Shown: positions 1-3,928 of the stretch, piece by piece
Layout of the letters: every line of letters begins with the position of its first letter
How positions within the stretch are numbered: the first letter of the stretch is position 1
Assembly: GCF_003334315.1 (NCBI RefSeq)
Contig: NZ_QOWR01000102.1
DNA: 3,928 bases
From: Escherichia coli
GTDB taxonomy: Bacteria > Pseudomonadota > Gammaproteobacteria > Enterobacterales > Enterobacteriaceae
Direction: 5' to 3' (one strand)
Position numbers and translations under genes: made by a program
Notes under the pieces: generated by a model
Databases searched by the model: none
What the model was told of the DNA's origin: nothing
Seen by the model: the letters and a program-made list of their open reading frames with translations, nothing else

Positions 1-492
1 ATTCCAGCCGAACGCGAACCTCTGCCTGGCGTAAAATTCTCACACCGGGGCTCCAAGATGCGAACACCACATCTTGTGCCACTCAGCAAACAGGCTGTAG
101 CCATACTGACAGAACTTCAGACATGGGCAGGTGAAAATGGTCTGATATTTACGGGAGCACATGACCCGCGTAAACCAATCAGTGAAAACACCGTAAATAA
201 GGCACTGAGGGGTATGGGATATGACACAACCCAGGATGTCTGTGGGCATGGGTTCAGGGCGATGGCGTGCAGTGCGTTAATAGAATCAGGTTTGTGGTCC
301 CGTGATGCAGTTGAACGTCAGATGAGCCATCAGGAACGCAATGGTGTACGTGCTGCTTACATTCATAAAGCAGAACATCTGGAAGAACGCCGACTGATGT
401 TACAGTGGTGGGCCGATTTTCTGGATGCAAACAGAGAAAAATTTATCAGTCCATTTGAATATGCAAAGATTAATAATCCATTAAAACCGTAA
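1..492 (+). CDS. int: P4-type tyrosine integrase (site-specific recombinase), C-terminal catalytic portion; 5' end lies upstream of the window
   Basis: Frame 1 is open from base 1 (IPAEREPLPGVKFSHRGSK precedes the listed Met at 58) to the TAA at 490-492. The translation carries the tyrosine-recombinase box II pattern HGFRAMACSALIESGLW and the catalytic Tyr context VRAAYIH, plus the C-terminal LMLQWWADFLD tail I recognise from P4-like (IntA/IntB-type) integrases. Only ~164 aa are visible, so the gene is partial in this window. Confidence 0.85.
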   Translation: MPAEREPLPGVKFSHRGSKMRTPHLVPLSKQAVAILTELQTWAGENGLIFTGAHDPRKPISENTVNKALRGMGYDTTQDVCGHGFRAMACSALIESGLWSRDAVERQMSHQERNGVRAAYIHKAEHLEERRLMLQWWADFLDANREKFISPFEYAKINNPLKP

Positions 493-537
493 TCCTCCCG
501 GGCAAATGCCCGGGAACTACTCCAGGATTATTTTTTT
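493..537 (+). terminator. Candidate intrinsic terminator downstream of the integrase gene
   Basis: Perfect hairpin CCCGGG-caaatg-CCCGGG (497-514), flanked by a complementary outer pair AATCCT (491-496) / AGGATT (524-529), followed by a T7 run at 531-537. The 9-nt spacer between inner stem and outer pair makes this a non-canonical geometry. Confidence 0.4.
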
Positions 538-660
538 GTTAAAAAAGGCAAAACGATATTAACTGATGTATTAAATGTTTACCGGATTGCTCCCTGCAGG
601 GGGATTATCAGAATCCGCAGTTATTCGTTATTTATATATATTCAATAAAAAGCAACATCA

Positions 661-694
661 TAAAAAATCCCGCACTCACAGGGTGATGCGGGAT
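661..694 (-). terminator. Candidate intrinsic terminator for the minus-strand phosphoethanolamine transferase gene
   Basis: 12-bp GC-rich stem with one bulge (667-679 pairs with 683-694, 3-nt loop). On the minus strand it is followed directly by a T6 run (complement of the A6 run at 662-667). It lies ~120 bp downstream of the minus-strand stop at 812-814. Confidence 0.45.
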
Positions 695-814
695 AACTGA
701 CGTAAGGAATGCTGCCGGGATTTGGTGGTCCCTTGTGCTGATATGAATACAGATTCTATTCTATACAGAATCCTTTTCAGTACAAGAGACTGTATTACTG
801 TTTGCCATATATGA

Positions 815-2281
815 TTACCTGTGGTCCGGAAGAATCAGAGGCTGCGGTTTCAGACTGTCTGCCGGCACATTTTTCTCTCCGTTAAAAACCATAACGGGTT
901 CATTATCTTCGTCTGTCAGCGGATTGAATGGCAGTATATTTTCGGTACGAATACCGGTCAGCCACTGAAAAATGCCTGCGAAATGACGGGCACTGATTTT
1001 TCTGCTGACGGACTGATGAGACGTGATGTCACTGGCGGTAATAATCAGGGGAACGCTGTAGCCTCCTTGTATATGGCCATCATGATGAACAGGATTAGCA
1101 CTGTCGCTGACCGACAGACCATGGTCAGAAAAGTAAAGCATGGCAAAATGACGGGAGTGCCGGCGAAGGATACCATCAAGCTGACCGAGAAAGTTATCCA
1201 GTTTACTGATGCTGGCGAGGTAACAGGCAATCTTTCGGGGATACTGCTCCAGGTAATGATTCGGCCAGGAGTTAAGTCGGTCACACGGATTCGGATGAGA
1301 GCCAATCATGTGCAGGAATATCACCTTCGGAGAGGATTTATCCGCCAGTGCACGTTCTGTTTCCTGTAACAACAACATGTCATCCGTTTTACGGGAAGCA
1401 AAGCTGCCTTTCTTGAGGAAAACGGTATGCTCCGCATCAGAAGCAATAACAGAGATGCGTGTATCATGCTCCCCCAGTTTTCCCTGATTGGATATCCACC
1501 ATGTGCTGTATCCTGCTTTTGCTGCCAGCGCCACCACGTTGTTGCCGGAGTCAGGGTTCTGCTCATAGTCATAAATCAGTGTCCGGCTCAGGGAAGGTAC
1601 GGTACTGGCTGCTGCCGATGTATAGCCGTCAATAAATAAACCGGGAGCCGTATTCAGCCATGGTGTGGTTGGCACGGGATAGCCATATACCGACATATAA
1701 TCCCTGCGCACACTCTCACCAGTAACGATAACAATCGTGTCATACAACGGTGTTCCCGGCAGGATTTTCCAGTTGTCAGCCCCGTGCTGACTCAGTTGTT
1801 TATAACGCTGCATTTCACGCAATGTGTCAGTTGTTCCCACAACAATTCCTTTAACCATCCGCAACGGCCAGCTGTTTACAGAGCATAATACGAATAGCAG
1901 CAGTGCCAGCCAGTTACGGTGACCGCGGTGGTGTGTCCGCCAGAAAATCACCATGAATACCAGAATCGCGGCACTGACCAGAAAATGATAAACAGGAATC
2001 ATCCCGGTAAACTCTGCAGCCTCATCAGCCGTGGTCTGCAGCAACGCGACAATAAAACTGTTGTTGATTTTACCGTACGTCATACCCGCAGGCGCATACA
2101 GTGCACAACAGAACAGAAATAACAGCACTGTAATGGATGTGAGGGTATTTCTGTGTGCAAGGAGAAGAAGGAGAAACAGAAGCAGCACATTTCCTGTGGC
2201 ATTCTTCTCAGTGTATCCGCATGCAATTGTGATTATTACGGAAATGGATTTGCCCCTATATTTCCAGACACCTGTTATCAC
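815..2281 (-). CDS. Phosphoethanolamine transferase family membrane protein (YhbX/OpgE/EptA-like, sulfatase-fold), 5'-truncated by IS2 insertion; likely pseudogene
   Basis: 488-aa ORF with an N-terminal hydrophobic region (several predicted TM segments, e.g. [47 protein letters not shown]) followed by a periplasmic-type catalytic domain. Motifs align with the EptA/MCR pattern as I recall it: [13 protein letters not shown] (nucleophile position), [12 protein letters not shown] (cf. HQMGNHGPAY) and [10 protein letters not shown] (cf. MLYVSDHGES). The first 12 codons (2245-2281), including a GTG start, lie inside the IS2 right inverted repeat, so the native N-terminus (an estimated 50-100 aa including TM1) is missing. 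Native sequence spans 815..2244. Confidence 0.8.
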   Translation of the reverse strand: MITGVWKYRGKSISVIITIACGYTEKNATGNVLLLFLLLLLAHRNTLTSITVLLFLFCCALYAPAGMTYGKINNSFIVALLQTTADEAAEFTGMIPVYHFLVSAAILVFMVIFWRTHHRGHRNWLALLLFVLCSVNSWPLRMVKGIVVGTTDTLREMQRYKQLSQHGADNWKILPGTPLYDTIVIVTGESVRRDYMSVYGYPVPTTPWLNTAPGLFIDGYTSAAASTVPSLSRTLIYDYEQNPDSGNNVVALAAKAGYSTWWISNQGKLGEHDTRISVIASDAEHTVFLKKGSFASRKTDDMLLLQETERALADKSSPKVIFLHMIGSHPNPCDRLNSWPNHYLEQYPRKIACYLASISKLDNFLGQLDGILRRHSRHFAMLYFSDHGLSVSDSANPVHHDGHIQGGYSVPLIITASDITSHQSVSRKISARHFAGIFQWLTGIRTENILPFNPLTDEDNEPVMVFNGEKNVPADSLKPQPLILPDHR

Positions 2282-2285
2282 TTAA
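2245..2285. repeat. IS2 right terminal inverted repeat
   Basis: TGGATTTGCCCCTATATTTCCAGACACCTGTTATCACTTAA matches the ~41-bp IS2 right inverted repeat recalled from the canonical element, with one difference I can see (C for T at 2271). Confidence 0.75.
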
Positions 2286-3161
2286 CCCATTACTGGCCTG
2301 CTGCCGCAGATATTCCCGTGGCGAGCGATAACCCAGTGCACTATGCGGATGCCATTCGTTATAATGCTCGAACGCCTCTGCAAGGTTCTTTGCTGCCGTT
2401 AACCCGTCTGGTTTAGGCATGATACTGATGTAGTCACGCTTTATCGTTTTCACGAAGCTCTCTGCTATGCCGTTACTCTCCGGACTCCGCACCGCCGTGT
2501 TCTTCGGTTCAAGCCCCAACATCCGGGCAAACTGCCGTGTTTCATTAGCCCGGTAGCATGAACCATTATCCGTCAGCCACTCTACTGGAGACGCCGGAAG
2601 CTCGTTGCCGAAGCGGCGTTCCACCGCTCCCAGCATTACGTCCTGTACTGTTTCACTGTCGAAGCCGCCCGTAGTGACTGCCCAGTGCAGTGCCTCACGG
2701 TCACAGCAGTCCAGCGCGAACGTGACTCGCATTTTTTCTCCGTTATCACAGCGGAACTCGAACCCGTCAGAGCACCATCGCTGATTACTTTCTTTCACGG
2801 CCACTTTGCCAGTATGTGCCCGTTTCGATGGCGGTACAGCGGTTTTTCGCTCAAGCAACAGCGCATTCTGGCGCATGATCCGGTAAACACGTTTGGCATT
2901 GATCGCAGGCATACCATCAAGTTCGGCCTGTCTGCGAAGCAGCGCCCATACCCGACGATAACCATACGTGGGCATCTCTCCGATAACATGGTGTATACGG
3001 AGAAGCACATCCGTATCATCTGAGTGACGGCTGCGGCGACCATCTTTCCAGTCATCGGTTCGTCTGAGAATTACGTGCAACTGCGCACGCGACACCCGGA
3101 GACAACGGCTGACTAAGCTTACTCCCCATCCCCGGGCAATAAGGGCGCGTGCGCTATCCAC
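2256..3161 (-). CDS. insD: IS2 transposase OrfB (InsD), DDE integrase-like catalytic domain
   Basis: 301-aa [37 protein letters not shown]...NRCLEI, near-identical to the canonical IS2 InsD I recall, with scattered substitutions. GTG start at 3159-3161 immediately after the A6G slippery site. In IS2 this frame is normally expressed as an InsC-InsD fusion by -1 frameshifting. Confidence 0.9.
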
Positions 3162-3484
3162 TTTTTTGCACGCCCGTATTCAACAGCTTCTTTAAGGAGT
3201 TCATTTTCCATCGTTTTTTTGCCGAGCAGGCGCTGGAGTTCTTTAATCTGCTTCATGGCAGCAGCAAGTTCAGAGGCAGGAACGACCTGCTCTCCTGCGG
3301 CCACAGCAGTAAGACTTCCCTCCTGGTATTGCTTGCGCCAGAGAAATAACTGGCTGGCTGCCACACCGTGTTGCCGGGCAACAAGGGAGACCGTCATTCC
3401 CGGTTCAAAACTCTGCTGAACAATAGCGATCTTTTCCTGTGTAGTACGCCGTCTGCGTTTCTCCGGTCCTAAGACATCAATCAT
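3119..3484 (-). CDS. insC: IS2 transposase OrfA (InsC), helix-turn-helix DNA-binding protein
   Basis: The listed ORF (3119..3529) begins with 15 codons inside the IS end. The canonical InsC start is the internal Met of [47 protein letters not shown]..., placing the start codon at 3482-3484 and giving 121 aa. It overlaps insD by ~43 bp, as in IS3-family elements. Confidence 0.85.
3161..3167 (-). promoter_or_regulatory. Programmed -1 ribosomal frameshift slippery heptamer (A AAA AAG) at the insC/insD overlap
   Basis: The minus strand reads GCAAAAAAGTGGATAGC; the A6G heptamer sits in the insC/insD overlap where IS2 and other IS3-family elements are known to frameshift to make the OrfAB transposase. 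Confidence 0.55.
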
Positions 3485-3529
3485 CTGCTCTCCAATGACT
3501 AGTCTAAAAACTAGTATTAAGACTATCAC

Positions 3530-3928
<399 letters not shown>

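Larger units (their letters stand above)
2245..3529 (-). mobile_element. IS2 (IS3 family), reverse orientation; right end intact, outermost ~46 bp of left end separated by an IS1 insertion
   Basis: 2245 onward reads TGGATTTGCCCCTATATTTCCAGACA..TGTTATCACTTA, matching the IS2 right inverted repeat as I recall it. 3476-3529 matches the reverse complement of the IS2 left-end interior (GTGATAGTCTTAATACTAGTTTTTAGACTAGTCATTGGAGA..CAGATGATTGAT). The span is 1285 bp, which equals the canonical 1331 bp minus the 46 bp that would precede GTGATAGTC. It encodes insC and insD with the expected overlap. Confidence 0.9.

Noticed and set aside
592-601. 10-bp perfect palindrome CCCTGCAGGG in the AT-rich spacer
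   Set aside because: Too short to distinguish from chance; no flanking promoter elements or repeated copies that would suggest an operator or recombination site.
821-1369. 182-aa plus-strand ORF (also 1427..1639 +, 1919..2122 +, 1045..1305 -, 1321..1572 -)
   Set aside because: All lie entirely inside the 488-aa phosphoethanolamine transferase gene, antisense or out of frame. They have no recognisable motifs and odd composition, so they are shadow ORFs of the real gene.
815-2281. Possibility that the transferase is an mcr-type mobile colistin resistance gene
   Set aside because: Family-level motifs are present but the sequence is clearly divergent from MCR-1 as I recall it, the nucleophile is Ser not Thr, and the gene is 5'-truncated. 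Calling it mcr is not supportable; it is a YhbX/OpgE-like paralog of unknown substrate.
2031-2416. Plus-strand ORFs 2031..2285 and 2153..2416 spanning the transferase/IS2 junction
   Set aside because: They run antisense across the IS2 right inverted repeat and the 5' end of the transferase gene, with low-complexity translations ([16 protein letters not shown]). No support as genes.
2685-3055. ORFs 2685..3023 (+) and 2795..3055 (-) inside IS2
   Set aside because: Both overlap insD in other frames or on the opposite strand; IS2 is known to encode only insC and insD (plus the fusion).
3149-3419. ORFs 3149..3349 (+) and 3219..3419 (+) antisense to insC
   Set aside because: Antisense shadow ORFs within insC; no independent evidence.

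Overview
This window is the edge of an integrase-associated genomic island in an enterobacterial-type genome, followed by a stack of nested insertion sequences. Reading left to right: (1) the 3' ~490 bp of a P4-type tyrosine integrase gene on the + strand, running in from upstream of the window; (2) a ~320 bp AT-rich spacer with two convergent hairpin/T-run terminator candidates; (3) a minus-strand gene for a phosphoethanolamine-transferase-family membrane enzyme (YhbX/OpgE/EptA-like) whose 5' end has been replaced by the right end of IS2; (4) an IS2 copy in reverse orientation carrying insC and insD, missing its outermost ~46 bp at the left end; (5) a ~320 bp IS1 fragment (right inverted repeat plus the 3' part of insB) inserted into IS2; (6) the first ~77 bp of what I recall as an IS21-family (IS100-like) element interrupting IS1 and running off the window. 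I found no CRISPR, tRNA or rRNA. I cannot support a novel multi-gene system from this sequence; the points most worth a second look are the disrupted island-borne phosphoethanolamine transferase and the three-layer nested IS structure. All IS and protein-family calls rest on my recall of canonical sequences and motifs, not on a database search.
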